Source of the DNA: Deltaproteobacteria bacterium
GTDB lineage: Bacteria > Myxococcota > Kuafuiibacteriia > Kuafuiibacteriales > Kuafuiibacteriaceae
Direction of reading: 5' to 3'
Assembly (NCBI GenBank): GCA_040218735.1
Contig: JAVJQW010000015.1
Span: 32,001-96,000, forward strand
Length of the DNA: 64,000 bases
The notes below the pieces were generated by a model, which ran no database searches, had not been told where the DNA came from, and worked only from the letters and a program-made list of their open reading frames with translations. Below, piece after piece: positions 45,902 through 55,743 of the stretch; within the stretch, counting starts at the first letter, position 1; each line of letters opens with the position of its first letter. A program made the position numbers and the translations under genes.

Positions 45902-47071
45902 GTGCTGACGATCGATACCAAACGCGCGCGGCGCCTCGCGCTCGCACGCACCGGGCTGCTCGCTCCGAAGTGGTCGGGGCTCCCCGCGCGTGCGCCGAAG
46001 AACGAGGCGGGTGCGCGCGAAGCCGCCTACGCCGTGATGCGCAGGTTCGGTTACCTCCAGCTCGACACCGTCTCGATCGCCGGCGCGCGCAGTCACGTGA
46101 TCGTGTTGCTGTCGCGGCTTCGCGGTTTTGATCCGTCGCTCGGGGAAGCGCTCCTGCAGCCAGGGGCGCCGGTCTTCGAGTACTGGGGCCACGAGGCGTG
46201 CTGGCTCCCGCTCGAGCTCTACCCGCACTTCGCGTTTCGTCGCGAGCGCCTCGGTGTGCATCCGTGGTGGGGCGACCTGCTCACCGAGCACCCGGACGTC
46301 GCCGAACGTCTGCGCGCGCAGCTGCGATCCGAAGGCCCGCTTCGCTCCGTCGACATGGAGGGGCAGGGCGGTGCCGGGTGGTGGAACCTGAAGCTCGCGA
46401 AGAAGATCGCGACCGCGATGTGGATGTCCGGCGAGCTCGCGATCCGCGAACGCGTCAACTTCCTCCGGACCTACGATCTCACCGAACGCGTCGTCCCGAG
46501 CGCGGTGCGAAGGAAGAAGGTCTCCCGCGAAGAGTCGCTCGAGACGTTGATGTTACTCGCGGTGAGCGGTCAGGGCTGGACCTCGCGCCGCACGGTCCAA
46601 GAGACGTGGCGCCTGAGGAACATGAAGAAGGACATCGACGACGCGCTCGATCGCCTCGTCGAACGCGGCGCGCTCGTTCGCTGCGCGCTGCACGACCCAA
46701 AGAGGCATGGGTTCGTTCGCCCCGAAGATCTCGAGCTCGCCGACCGCCTCGTGCGGCTGCGCCCACGCGAGGACACCGGAGTCTTGCTCTCACCGTTCGA
46801 CCCACTGCTGTGGGATCGCCAGCGTGTCATGGATCTCTTTGGGTTCGAGCAGGTGCTGGAGATCTTCAAACCCGCGCCGCAACGTAAGTACGGATATTAC
46901 TGTCTACCGGTGCTCGCGGGGGAGCGACTCGTCGCGCGGGTCGATCTCAAGGCGGACCGAAAGCAAGGCCGCTTGCACGTCCTCGCGTGTCACCACGAAT
47001 CCCCGAAGAACGAAGAGGCCACGGCGACCGCGCTCGAACGCTACGCGGACGCGGTCGAGCTCGCGACCTGA
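45902..47071 (+). CDS. ycaQ: Winged-helix DNA glycosylase, YcaQ/AlkZ (HTH_42) family
   Basis: LQLDT (QxD), FEYWGHEA, LLSPFDPL, EIFKP..RKYGYY.LP, DLKADR. Confidence 0.85.
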   Translation: MLTIDTKRARRLALARTGLLAPKWSGLPARAPKNEAGAREAAYAVMRRFGYLQLDTVSIAGARSHVIVLLSRLRGFDPSLGEALLQPGAPVFEYWGHEACWLPLELYPHFAFRRERLGVHPWWGDLLTEHPDVAERLRAQLRSEGPLRSVDMEGQGGAGWWNLKLAKKIATAMWMSGELAIRERVNFLRTYDLTERVVPSAVRRKKVSREESLETLMLLAVSGQGWTSRRTVQETWRLRNMKKDIDDALDRLVERGALVRCALHDPKRHGFVRPEDLELADRLVRLRPREDTGVLLSPFDPLLWDRQRVMDLFGFEQVLEIFKPAPQRKYGYYCLPVLAGERLVARVDLKADRKQGRLHVLACHHESPKNEEATATALERYADAVELAT

Positions 47072-47847
47072 TCCTCCGTGCGCGGCCGGCGCGCCGCGAG
47101 GCGCTGCGCGAACGACGGGGCGAACGGATACAACATCTCGGTCCAGAACCCGAAGGGCTCGCCATTCTCCTCGATGCCCGTCGCGACGACCTCACCGCGG
47201 ACCGGCCAGCGCGCGGTCCTGAAGACGACGTCCCAGACCGTGAGCGTGTGACCGTAGTTTCCGCGCTCCGTCACGCCGTGGTGGATGCGGTGGTACGCGG
47301 GGTTCACGATGATGTGGTCGAGCCACCCGAGCGAGAGGTCGTGGCTCGAGTGCTGGTAGAAGTTCGCGAGGCTGAAGAACAGCATGTAGAGCTGGATGAC
47401 CCACAGCTCGAAGCCGAGCGCAGCGAGCAGCGCGGCGGCGATGGCGCTCCCCACCAACACCTCGAAGCCGTGCACGTGTGCCACGAGCCACATGTCGAAG
47501 TGGCGTTCACGGTGGTGCTGGAAGTGAAAGCGCCACAGCGTCGAAGACACGTGCTTCACGAAGTGCACGGCCCAGTAGAAGAGCTCGGCGACCAGGAAAC
47601 ACGCGGCCACCTGGAGGACGGGCACCGTGCTCCAGTCCACGAACGACGGCACCAACGATCGCACGTACGCGCTGACGATCTGGAGCGCGACCATCGTCGC
47701 GAGCGACGCGATCAGGTAGCTGACGTTGCGGCGACGCCGCGCGGAAGGCCGCGTCAGCTCGATACGAAGGGTTCGATTCCTCAGCTCCGACCCGAGCAAC
47801 CCGAGGGTGCCCACGGCCAGAACTGCTGTGTGCCAAGACCACGACAT
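47041..47847 (-). CDS. Sterol desaturase / fatty acid hydroxylase family protein
   Basis: His boxes YWAVHFVKH, LWRFHFQHH, YQHS, PAYHRIHH, NYG...WD.VF.T. Confidence 0.85.
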   Translation of the reverse strand: MSWSWHTAVLAVGTLGLLGSELRNRTLRIELTRPSARRRRNVSYLIASLATMVALQIVSAYVRSLVPSFVDWSTVPVLQVAACFLVAELFYWAVHFVKHVSSTLWRFHFQHHRERHFDMWLVAHVHGFEVLVGSAIAAALLAALGFELWVIQLYMLFFSLANFYQHSSHDLSLGWLDHIIVNPAYHRIHHGVTERGNYGHTLTVWDVVFRTARWPVRGEVVATGIEENGEPFGFWTEMLYPFAPSFAQRLAARRPRTEDQVASSTASA

Positions 47848-48062
47848 GGATGTGACATTCAGGAAAACGGACGGACCCCGATCTATCCAGCGCCGCCGTG
47901 TGACACCTGAATCCGCGCTCGTACGAAGCACGAAAACCCAAAGCGTTCCGATGGCTTCGTCGTTTGTGACAATTCGCTCGAGCGGGGTCGTGAGCGCGGC
48001 GAGACGATCCCTTTACAACCTCTTTACCCCTCCCTTCGACGCGTTCCCCTAGCGTCGATCCC

Positions 48063-49868
48063 ATGAAGCGCATCGCATTCGCGGCCGTCGCCGCCGCCCT
48101 CTTCGTCACCCTCCCCGCCGTCGCGAAGCGACGCCCCACCGCCGAACAACCGTCCCACGGACGCCGCGCTGCGCAGCGCGGCCTCGACTTCCTCGCCAAG
48201 TCGACACCCGCTTGGCAGGCCCAACACAAGTGCTACGGCTGCCACGTTCAGGCGGTCACGATGCAGGCGATCTCGACCGCCGTTCGTAACGACTACGGCG
48301 TGACCCGCGAATTCGTCGACGACGTGCTCGCCGGCCTCACCACGGTGAAGGGCGGCGTTCGCTCGCAGCACGGCCTCTCGCACAGCGGCGGTCGCGAAGC
48401 GGGTGAGGCCAAGGCGTACGGAGGCTCGGCGCTCGCGGCGTTCGACCAGTACGTCAGCAACCGCGCCACCGAAGATCTGCTCACCGCCGCGCGCCGCCTC
48501 CTCGAACACCAGCAGGACGACGGCTCCGTGCACACCGACGTCGCGCGGTTCCCGGTCTCGCCGTCGACGATCCACACGACCTACCGCGCCGTGCAGACCT
48601 GGCGACAAGCGTACGCGCGCTCGGCCGACGACGCGTGGCGCGCGCCGCTCCGTCGCGGAGAAGAGTTCCTCTCGCGGAAGGCCGAGGAGCTCCTCGCTGC
48701 GAAGGCCAAGGCGTCGCTGCTCGACCTGAACTTCGTCGCGCTCGGCCTCGTCGAGGCCGGCGTCGGAGCGAGCGAGGCGCACCCGGCCGCCATCGCGAAG
48801 ATCCTCCGCGACAGGCAGCGCGACGACGGCGCGTGGGCGTTCACGAAGCGCTCGCCCGGGCAGCCGTCGCCCTACGCTACCGGTCAGACGCTCTACACGC
48901 TGCGCATGCTCGGCGTCGGCGAGGGTGATTCGGCGATCACGCGCGGTACGCGCTGGCTGGTGAAGAACCAGCGGGACGACGGCGCGTGGTCGAGCGGGGG
49001 CACCGCGAAGGCCGAAGCGATGTGGGCGGTGCTCGGGCTCGTATCGATCGACGTCGTCGGCCTCGACATCGCCGGCGTCCGCGACGGGGATCGCGTCGAC
49101 GGACAGCGCACGTTCACGGCGGTCGCGACCGACAACCACGGCACCGAGGTCGACAAGATCGAAGTCTTCGTCGACGACGTCCTCGTCCACACCGCGAAGG
49201 GCGATCGCGCGCGATTCACCCTCGACGCCGAGAAGCTCGAGGTCGGACCGAACCTCGTCGACGTCGTCGCGACCAACCGCGCCAAGAAGTCCGGCCGCCG
49301 CCGGTTCACGGTCTACGCGGGCGACTACTACCTCACCGACGTCGGCAGTCGCTTCGAGAAGGGCGGCACTTCGATCGGGCTGCGCAACCTCGGCGGCCAG
49401 GGTGCGAAGGTCCGTCTGCAGGTGCTCGACGGGGACAAGGTCGTGCACACCTCGGTGCAGCCCTCGAAGTCCGGGGCGATGCGCTTCGTCTTCAAGCCGA
49501 AGAAGGACCCGGGCGCCGATACGACTTACCGCGCGCGCCTCGCGTACGTGGCGAAGGACCGAGCGCTGCAGACGGTCGAGCACACCTTCGTGCACGCATC
49601 GGCCGCGGCGCAGCGGCGACGCTACGGCGAGGTGCAGGGCCAGCTCACCTCCGGCGAGAAGAGCCTCGCCAACACCTGGATTGAGCTCGTCGACGACGAC
49701 GGTCGCGTGGTCCGCCGCACGCGCAGCACACGCTCCGGTCAGTACCGCTTCAAGAACGTCGACCAGGGCAAGTACAAGGTCCGCATCAACAAACGCGGGT
49801 ACGAGTCCTGGGAGAACGAGGTCGACGTGCAGCGCGGCACCGAGGCCGCCAACAACGTCGACCTCTAG
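48063..49868 (+). CDS. Secreted prenyltransferase/squalene-cyclase-repeat protein with Ig-like and carboxypeptidase-regulatory-like domains
   Basis: Signal peptide, CYGCH, Q.DDG.W repeats, beta-sandwich C-terminus ending GQYRFKNVDQGKY.V. Confidence 0.7.
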   Translation: MKRIAFAAVAAALFVTLPAVAKRRPTAEQPSHGRRAAQRGLDFLAKSTPAWQAQHKCYGCHVQAVTMQAISTAVRNDYGVTREFVDDVLAGLTTVKGGVRSQHGLSHSGGREAGEAKAYGGSALAAFDQYVSNRATEDLLTAARRLLEHQQDDGSVHTDVARFPVSPSTIHTTYRAVQTWRQAYARSADDAWRAPLRRGEEFLSRKAEELLAAKAKASLLDLNFVALGLVEAGVGASEAHPAAIAKILRDRQRDDGAWAFTKRSPGQPSPYATGQTLYTLRMLGVGEGDSAITRGTRWLVKNQRDDGAWSSGGTAKAEAMWAVLGLVSIDVVGLDIAGVRDGDRVDGQRTFTAVATDNHGTEVDKIEVFVDDVLVHTAKGDRARFTLDAEKLEVGPNLVDVVATNRAKKSGRRRFTVYAGDYYLTDVGSRFEKGGTSIGLRNLGGQGAKVRLQVLDGDKVVHTSVQPSKSGAMRFVFKPKKDPGADTTYRARLAYVAKDRALQTVEHTFVHASAAAQRRRYGEVQGQLTSGEKSLANTWIELVDDDGRVVRRTRSTRSGQYRFKNVDQGKYKVRINKRGYESWENEVDVQRGTEAANNVDL

Positions 49869-49874
49869 CCGCGA

Positions 49875-50747
49875 CTACAACCCGCGCGCCCACTCCGGGC
49901 GCAGCGGGAGCTCGTTCGCGAGCGCGGCGTCGATCGCCGCGACGAGGCGCTCGCGATCGCGCGGGAGGCGCCCGCCGAGCGGCAGGTAGTTCGACGCGTG
50001 GTTCGTGCGGAACAGCGCGTCGGTCGGCCGCGCTTCGTCGATGAACGTTCGCAGCTCGCCAAGGAGCGCCATCGGTTCGGGGCGTTCGTAGCGCCCTCGG
50101 GTCTGGAGCGTCGCGAGCGGCGTCCCCGGCACGACCGTCATCGTGAGCGCCGCGAGGAACGCCGGGTTCATCGCGGTCGCCAACCGCGCCGAAGCGTGCG
50201 CGTGCTCGTCGGCGCGCTCCACGCCGCCCGCCCCGAGCAAGAAGATCGCCGACAGCGCCATCCCCGCCGCGTGCGCGCGCCGCGCGGCCTCGGTGTGTTC
50301 GTCGAACCCGGCGCCCTTCACGATGCGTTTCATCGTCGCGTCGTCACCCGACTCCGGACCGACGTACAAGAGCGACAGCCCGGCGTCGCGGAGCGTGCGT
50401 AGCTCGTCGTCGGACTTCGCGAGGACGTTCGTCGCCATCGCGTACGTGCTCACGCGACGGAGGTTCGGGAACGTGTCGCGGCACGCCTCGAGGATCGGCA
50501 TCCAGTGCGTCAGCGGCATGACGAGCGGGTCGCCGTCCGCGACGAAGACCTTGTCGACGTCCGCCTCGTAGTGGGCGCCCGCCGCCGCGATGTCTTCGAG
50601 CGTCTCCTCGAGCGGCCGGATCTCGAACGACTTGTCGCGGTACATGTCGCAGTACGTGCACTTGTTCCAGGAGCAACCGATCGTCGCCTGCAGGATGTAG
50701 CTGTTCGCCTCGCTGGGCGGACGGTAGAGGCGGCCGACGTAGCGCAT
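49875..50747 (-). CDS. Radical SAM protein
   Basis: YRPPSEA.S..LQATIGCSWNKCTYC (CX3CX2C), ADGD, GPESG, NHASNYL. Confidence 0.85.
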   Translation of the reverse strand: MRYVGRLYRPPSEANSYILQATIGCSWNKCTYCDMYRDKSFEIRPLEETLEDIAAAGAHYEADVDKVFVADGDPLVMPLTHWMPILEACRDTFPNLRRVSTYAMATNVLAKSDDELRTLRDAGLSLLYVGPESGDDATMKRIVKGAGFDEHTEAARRAHAAGMALSAIFLLGAGGVERADEHAHASARLATAMNPAFLAALTMTVVPGTPLATLQTRGRYERPEPMALLGELRTFIDEARPTDALFRTNHASNYLPLGGRLPRDRERLVAAIDAALANELPLRPEWARGL

Positions 50748-50749
50748 CG

Positions 50750-51187
50750 TCAGAGCACGATACCGAACCCGAGCGTCGGCACCACGGTGAATCGGTTCCA
50801 GGTCAGCCGCGCCCACGACGCGTCGGCGAACGCGCTCGCTCCCAACGCCACGCGCATCCATCGCCACCGCCACGCGAGGCCCCCGTACCCCCCGACGGGG
50901 AGCAGCAGTCGGGTCTGAACCCCGACCGTGACGAAGAAGCCGTCCGCGAGCGGCGTCTCGTAGCTCAGCGTCTGCGCGGACAGCGACGCCCCCACGTAGA
51001 GCCCCTCGATCGGGAGTGTCATCACGAGCTGCAGTTGCTCGACGAAGCGCACCGCGCCCGGCGTCGGCGCGACCAGCGCGTTCGGCACGTCGAAGTTCAC
51101 GAAAGTCCCGGGCGCCTCCGCGATCAGGTCGATGCGATCCACGCCGAACTGCGGCGGCGTGGCGAGGAGGAGCAGCGCTACAAACAC
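50750..51187 (-). CDS. Hypothetical exported/outer-membrane protein
   Basis: Fills the gap between co-oriented genes; hydrophobic N-terminus and beta-rich sequence; start uncertain. Confidence 0.55.
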   Translation of the reverse strand: MFVALLLLATPPQFGVDRIDLIAEAPGTFVNFDVPNALVAPTPGAVRFVEQLQLVMTLPIEGLYVGASLSAQTLSYETPLADGFFVTVGVQTRLLLPVGGYGGLAWRWRWMRVALGASAFADASWARLTWNRFTVVPTLGFGIVL

Positions 51188-52062
51188 GGCGCACGCTCCG
51201 GGTAGTCGGAGATCACGAAGTCCACAGGCCACGCGCAGTACCGCGACAGCTCCGCCTCGGAGTTCAAGGTGAACACCACGACCTCCAACCCTTCGTGGCG
51301 CGCCGCGCGCGCGCTGGGCCAGTCGAGCACCTGGAACGCGGTCGTCACGCCGTCCGCGCCCGCGTCGTGCGCGGCGTCGAGGATGTCGGCGAAGCCGAGC
51401 GTCGACGCGAGCTCGGCGCCGATCGCCTGCCCGACCCCCGAGCCGCCCGGCGGGAACCGTGGCCAGCCGCGGAGCGTCTTCACGGGCGTATCGGCGAACG
51501 CCGCAACACCTTCGTCGAACGTCGACTCCACGTAGACGACGTTCGGCACGCCAACGAGCGCGTCCTTCACCGCGGGGGCGAACACATCGAGCGGCACCGT
51601 CTCGTCGGGCGCGTACTTGAGATCGAGGTAGAGCGCGATCTCGGACTTCGCCGACGCGATGGTGAAGAACTCCTCGAGCGGGAGGACCGTATCGGAGACG
51701 ACCTCCGCGTCGGGCGTCGACGGATCCGCCACGCCGCCGCAGCGGTAGTCGGCGACGAGCTCCGCGGCGGTGAGATCGCGGATGAAGATCCGCTCGCCGA
51801 TCTCCGACCCGTCCGCTCGACGACACAGCGTCTCGGACACCCACGGGTCATGGTGAAGGAACGGGACGCCGTCGGCGGTGACGACGACATCGACCTCGAT
51901 CATCGGGTAGCCGCGCGCCACGCTTCCTTCGACCGCGGTGCGCGAGTTCTCCGGCCAGTAGCCGGCGGCTGCGCGGTGCGCGACGACCGTCGGCGTGCCC
52001 GCGGGATCGAGGAAACCGCATCCGCCGAAGAACACGGTCGCGAGGATGAAGAGCCTGGCCAC
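51178..52062 (-). CDS. Glycerophosphodiester phosphodiesterase, probable lipoprotein
   Basis: AHRAA..WPENS, E.DV..TADG.P.L.HD, VFTLN, ISDYP. Confidence 0.85.
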   Translation of the reverse strand: MARLFILATVFFGGCGFLDPAGTPTVVAHRAAAGYWPENSRTAVEGSVARGYPMIEVDVVVTADGVPFLHHDPWVSETLCRRADGSEIGERIFIRDLTAAELVADYRCGGVADPSTPDAEVVSDTVLPLEEFFTIASAKSEIALYLDLKYAPDETVPLDVFAPAVKDALVGVPNVVYVESTFDEGVAAFADTPVKTLRGWPRFPPGGSGVGQAIGAELASTLGFADILDAAHDAGADGVTTAFQVLDWPSARAARHEGLEVVVFTLNSEAELSRYCAWPVDFVISDYPERAPCL

Positions 52063-52155
52063 GTGGCGTACTCTGCTACGTCGTCCCCGCCGGGGCTACA
52101 TCATCAGCCCCACTTCGAGACACCCTCGCTCGCAATCGGTCGAGCGTGGCTCTGC

Positions 52156-53481
52156 ATGGCCGACAAACCGGGTGTGTTGCATCGCCTCGCATCGCTGACA
52201 CTTCTTTGCCTCCTAGCGGCTTGCGTCGACTGGCCGGAGCCGCCCCCCGACCAGACGTTCACGGAGGACGAGCTGGCGATCCTGCGGACCGAGCTCGGCA
52301 CGCTCCCCGAGCTCCCGCCCGATCCGACGAACCGGGTCGACGAGGACCCCCGCGCGATCGCGCTCGGGCAGAAGCTCTTCTTCGATCCTCGATACAGCGA
52401 GAACGATCAGATCTCGTGCGCGACGTGCCACGCGCCCGACATGGCGTTCCAGGACGACCGCGCGCCGACGTCTCTGGGCCTCGCGTACACGGGACGCCAC
52501 GCCCCGACGGTGATCAACGCGGCGTACAGCATGAACTCGCGTACGTGGGCCAACTGGATGTTCTGGGATGGCCGCGCGGACTCGATCTGGGGACAAGCGC
52601 TGGGTCCGCCCGAGAGCCGCGTCGAGATGGGTGGGTCGCGACTCGGGATCATCTACTTTCTCGATCGCTACTACCGCGATGAGTACGAAGCTGTGTTCGG
52701 CCCTCTGCCTCCGCTGTTCGACGAAGAGGGCGAACCGCTCTATCCGACCGCCGGCATGCCTTCCGAGGCTGCATGGGACGATCTCGACGAATCCACGAAG
52801 CAGCTGCTCAACGGCGTGTACGTCGGCTTCGGAAAAGCGATCTCTGCCTACGAGCGCCGCATCGTAAGCCGCAACGCGCGCTTCGACGCATTCATCACCG
52901 AGATCATCGATGGCGCCGACGACAGCGACGTACTCACCGCCGAGGAGAAGCTGGGACTCAAGGTGTTCATCGGCGACGGGCTGTGCATCGCTTGTCACAA
53001 GGGCCCCAACTTCTCGGACGCACGGTTCCGCAACATCGGGTTGGCTCAAGTGGGTGAGCACGTGCCGGCCGAGGACGAGGGTCGCGCGGCCGGCATCCGC
53101 AATGTCATCGACAGCCCGTTCAACTGCGCCGGGCCGTTCAGCGACCATCCCGACAAGTCGACGTGTGCCGTCGTCGACCTCGAGATGTCGGATCGCGCGC
53201 GCGCCCTCGGAACGTTCAAGACCCCGACGCTGCGCGACGTGAGCCGCTCGGCGCCGTACGGGCACACGGGCGGGCTCGCGACGCTCGAGGACGTCATCGA
53301 GCTGTACGACCGAGGCGGCGACGAGCCTGGCACCTACCAGGGGGACCTACACCCGAAGGTTCGCCCGCTGGGCCTCACCGAAGAGGAGAAGGCCGCGCTC
53401 GTCGTCTTCCTCCGCACCCTCGACGGCGAACCGCTCGAACCGTCTCTCCACATTCGGCCTCAGCTGCCGATGGGGGACTGA
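52156..53481 (+). CDS. Di-heme cytochrome c peroxidase / MauG family lipoprotein
   Basis: Lipobox LAAC; LGQKLFFD, CATCH, FWDGRA, CIACH, FKTPTLR..APYGH.G. Confidence 0.85.
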   Translation: MADKPGVLHRLASLTLLCLLAACVDWPEPPPDQTFTEDELAILRTELGTLPELPPDPTNRVDEDPRAIALGQKLFFDPRYSENDQISCATCHAPDMAFQDDRAPTSLGLAYTGRHAPTVINAAYSMNSRTWANWMFWDGRADSIWGQALGPPESRVEMGGSRLGIIYFLDRYYRDEYEAVFGPLPPLFDEEGEPLYPTAGMPSEAAWDDLDESTKQLLNGVYVGFGKAISAYERRIVSRNARFDAFITEIIDGADDSDVLTAEEKLGLKVFIGDGLCIACHKGPNFSDARFRNIGLAQVGEHVPAEDEGRAAGIRNVIDSPFNCAGPFSDHPDKSTCAVVDLEMSDRARALGTFKTPTLRDVSRSAPYGHTGGLATLEDVIELYDRGGDEPGTYQGDLHPKVRPLGLTEEEKAALVVFLRTLDGEPLEPSLHIRPQLPMGD

Positions 53482-53482
53482 T

Positions 53483-53878
53483 ATGAAACGTTCGCGAACT
53501 CCGTGGGGACACGCATTGGGGGGCGTCGTCGTCACACTGGCGCTCCTCGCAGGTCCGTCGGCTCGTGCCGACCTCGGTCTCGTCGGCGAAGGCAAGAAGC
53601 AGGAGCTCGACGCCACGCAGTTCGATGCACCGCAGAAGGAGCGTTACACGCTCTTCAAGGCGAAGTGCACGAAGTGCCACCCGATGCAGCGTCCCATCAG
53701 CGCGCTGACGACGGGGGTCACCCCGGTCTCCGGCGCCGCCTTCGACGACGCAGGCATCAAGAAATACGTCCTCAAGATGATGCGGAAGCCCAACTCCGGC
53801 ATCGAGAAGAGCGACGCACGTGAGCTGGTCGTGTTCCTACGCCACGCACGTTCGATGGCTCAGAAGGAGACACCATGA
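53483..53878 (+). CDS. Small monoheme cytochrome c
   Basis: Signal peptide, CTKCH, downstream Met (KMMRKPNSGI). Confidence 0.75.
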   Translation: MKRSRTPWGHALGGVVVTLALLAGPSARADLGLVGEGKKQELDATQFDAPQKERYTLFKAKCTKCHPMQRPISALTTGVTPVSGAAFDDAGIKKYVLKMMRKPNSGIEKSDARELVVFLRHARSMAQKETP

Positions 53879-54672
53879 ACCGCTGGTTCCTGGCCGCCCT
53901 GGTCGCCTCCACGCTCGCCCCGATCGCTGAGGCCGACGCGTTCCCCGTGCACCGACGCATGTTCCGCTCCGCCTATGACAAGGCGGTGCGCTGCGAGCTG
54001 TGCCACGCGCGTGGTGGTGGCAACCGCCGCAACGCCTACGGTGACGCGTGGTTCTCGGCAGGTGAAACGATCGAGGCCTTTCGTAAGATCGAGTCGGCGG
54101 ACTCCGACGGTGACGGTGTCGTCAACATCGTGGAGATCGAAGGCGGCTCGAACCCCGGTGATCCGCGGTCGACCCCCGATGCTCCTGGCCGACGCTGGAA
54201 GTCGTCACAGCGCGTGCCGATTCCGAAGGGTCAGCTCGAGCTCGTCTTCGGGCACCCCGAGAAGATCGAAGCGGTGGAGATCGACGTCGACGACGCCAAG
54301 GCCAGCAAGATCGCCAAGGCGCTCGGACGTCCACCACGGGAGGAGGAGCGGTTCCCGACGCTCTACTTCGCGGTGAACGACGGTCGTCGCTCCGCGGTTG
54401 CGCTGTTCGGTCACCGACAGACGGCCGCGGGCCGATTCACCGTCCTCGTTTCGTTGGATGCCAAAGCGAAGGTCGACCGCATCGCGATCTTCCGGGCCGG
54501 CAAGAGCGACGGAACAGACCTCATGCCCTACGCACGCTGCCTCCAGGGGCACGGTGTTCGTGACTTGCCGCGCGCGGGTGAGTCCGGCTGTCCGCGTGTC
54601 GCCGGCAGCGAACCGATTCGCTTGACGGTCCAGTCTGCGCTGGCCACGGCCGCCGCGGCCCTCTCGAGGTAG
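53875..54672 (+). CDS. Exported CxxCH protein with a Ca-binding DSDGDG repeat and a possible FMN-binding-like C-terminal domain
   Basis: Signal peptide, CELCH, NAYG, DSDGDG..N..EI..GSNPG; the C-terminal fold is a guess. Confidence 0.6.
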   Translation: MNRWFLAALVASTLAPIAEADAFPVHRRMFRSAYDKAVRCELCHARGGGNRRNAYGDAWFSAGETIEAFRKIESADSDGDGVVNIVEIEGGSNPGDPRSTPDAPGRRWKSSQRVPIPKGQLELVFGHPEKIEAVEIDVDDAKASKIAKALGRPPREEERFPTLYFAVNDGRRSAVALFGHRQTAAGRFTVLVSLDAKAKVDRIAIFRAGKSDGTDLMPYARCLQGHGVRDLPRAGESGCPRVAGSEPIRLTVQSALATAAAALSR

Positions 54673-54679
54673 TCTATCC

Positions 54680-55282
54680 ATGGATGACTTGGATTTTGGC
54701 GCCGTCGAGGCGACGGCCGCCGTAGATGTCACCCCCGCCCCCGTCGTGTACGGGCTGATCGCCCTGACCCTCGTGGCTTGGGCCGCCCTGATCCTCATCA
54801 GCGCCCGTGTTGCCATGGCCCGGGGTGGAGCGACCACGTCTTCGAGTATCCTCTCCCGGCTCGCGCCGTCGCTGAAGCTCGTCGTGTCGCTGACGCTGGT
54901 CGCCGGCGTCTTTGTCCAGTTGATGGCCGCGGGGTCGGTGTGGAGTCAAACCAAGGTCGCAAACGCTTCGGCGTATGAGTACTTCCAGTACCTGTCGACC
55001 GCGAGGCTATTCGGAATCAGTCACGCGCACCTCTTCGGCTTCGCCGTGATTTATGGGTTCAACGCACTCCTCCTCTCGCTGTCCGGAGCCGCCGAGCGAA
55101 CCAAGTGTCTGCTCGTCGCGACGATCTGCTGGTCCGGGATGTTCGATGTCCTCTCGTGGTGGGGAATTCGTGAGGTCTCCGAGAACTTCGAAATCGTATC
55201 GATCGTGTCGGGGTCCGGCGCGGGAATCGGATGGCTGGTCAGCTCGACGATCGTGGTCCGCGATCTCTGGAGGCGCTCGTGA
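54680..55282 (+). CDS. Integral membrane protein with an HAH motif
   Basis: About 5 TM helices; SHAHLFG. Confidence 0.65.
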   Translation: MDDLDFGAVEATAAVDVTPAPVVYGLIALTLVAWAALILISARVAMARGGATTSSSILSRLAPSLKLVVSLTLVAGVFVQLMAAGSVWSQTKVANASAYEYFQYLSTARLFGISHAHLFGFAVIYGFNALLLSLSGAAERTKCLLVATICWSGMFDVLSWWGIREVSENFEIVSIVSGSGAGIGWLVSSTIVVRDLWRRS

Positions 55283-55743
55283 TGAAACGTTACTCACTAA
55301 TCTTTGCCCTGGCGGCGCAGGTTCTCATGGCGCCCAAGTGTGTCCCCGAGGACGAACGCCTCACCCAGCGTGAAGTCGCCTCCCCCGTCGAGGCGGAGAC
55401 CTCCGACCGGCCGGTCATCGCGAATCCGTGCCCGGAGCCGGACACCGCAGAGCTCCTCATTCAGAACTTCAGCTTCATCATCGTCTGCGGTTGTGTCGAG
55501 GCACCGTGGCCGATGGAACAAGACGGGAGCCGGACGTGCACCATCCCCACCGGCACACGGGTACGTTGGACGTTCGCCGACAGCGAGGACCACAACGTCG
55601 TGAGTACGGCTGGCGCCTTCGACGAGTCGGGCGACCACCTCGTCGGAACTCATGAGCATGTCTTTGGCTCTCCCGGAACGCATACGTATCGGTGTGGCCT
55701 GCATCCCCGCGACATGAGCGGGTACTCGATCGTGGTGCGCTAG
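55282..55743 (+). CDS. Cupredoxin (plastocyanin/azurin-like) domain protein
   Basis: V.W...D..DHNV and YRCGLHPRDM give His, Cys, His, Met type-1 Cu ligands. Confidence 0.8.
   Translation: MKRYSLIFALAAQVLMAPKCVPEDERLTQREVASPVEAETSDRPVIANPCPEPDTAELLIQNFSFIIVCGCVEAPWPMEQDGSRTCTIPTGTRVRWTFADSEDHNVVSTAGAFDESGDHLVGTHEHVFGSPGTHTYRCGLHPRDMSGYSIVVR

Noticed and set aside
48063-49868. Squalene-hopene cyclase call
   Set aside because: No DXDD catalytic motif; secreted and fused to Ig-like domains.
51016-52155. N-terminal 380-aa extension of the peroxidase ORF in the ORF track
   Set aside because: It overlaps the antisense GDPD gene; the signal peptide and lipobox start at or after Met 52156.
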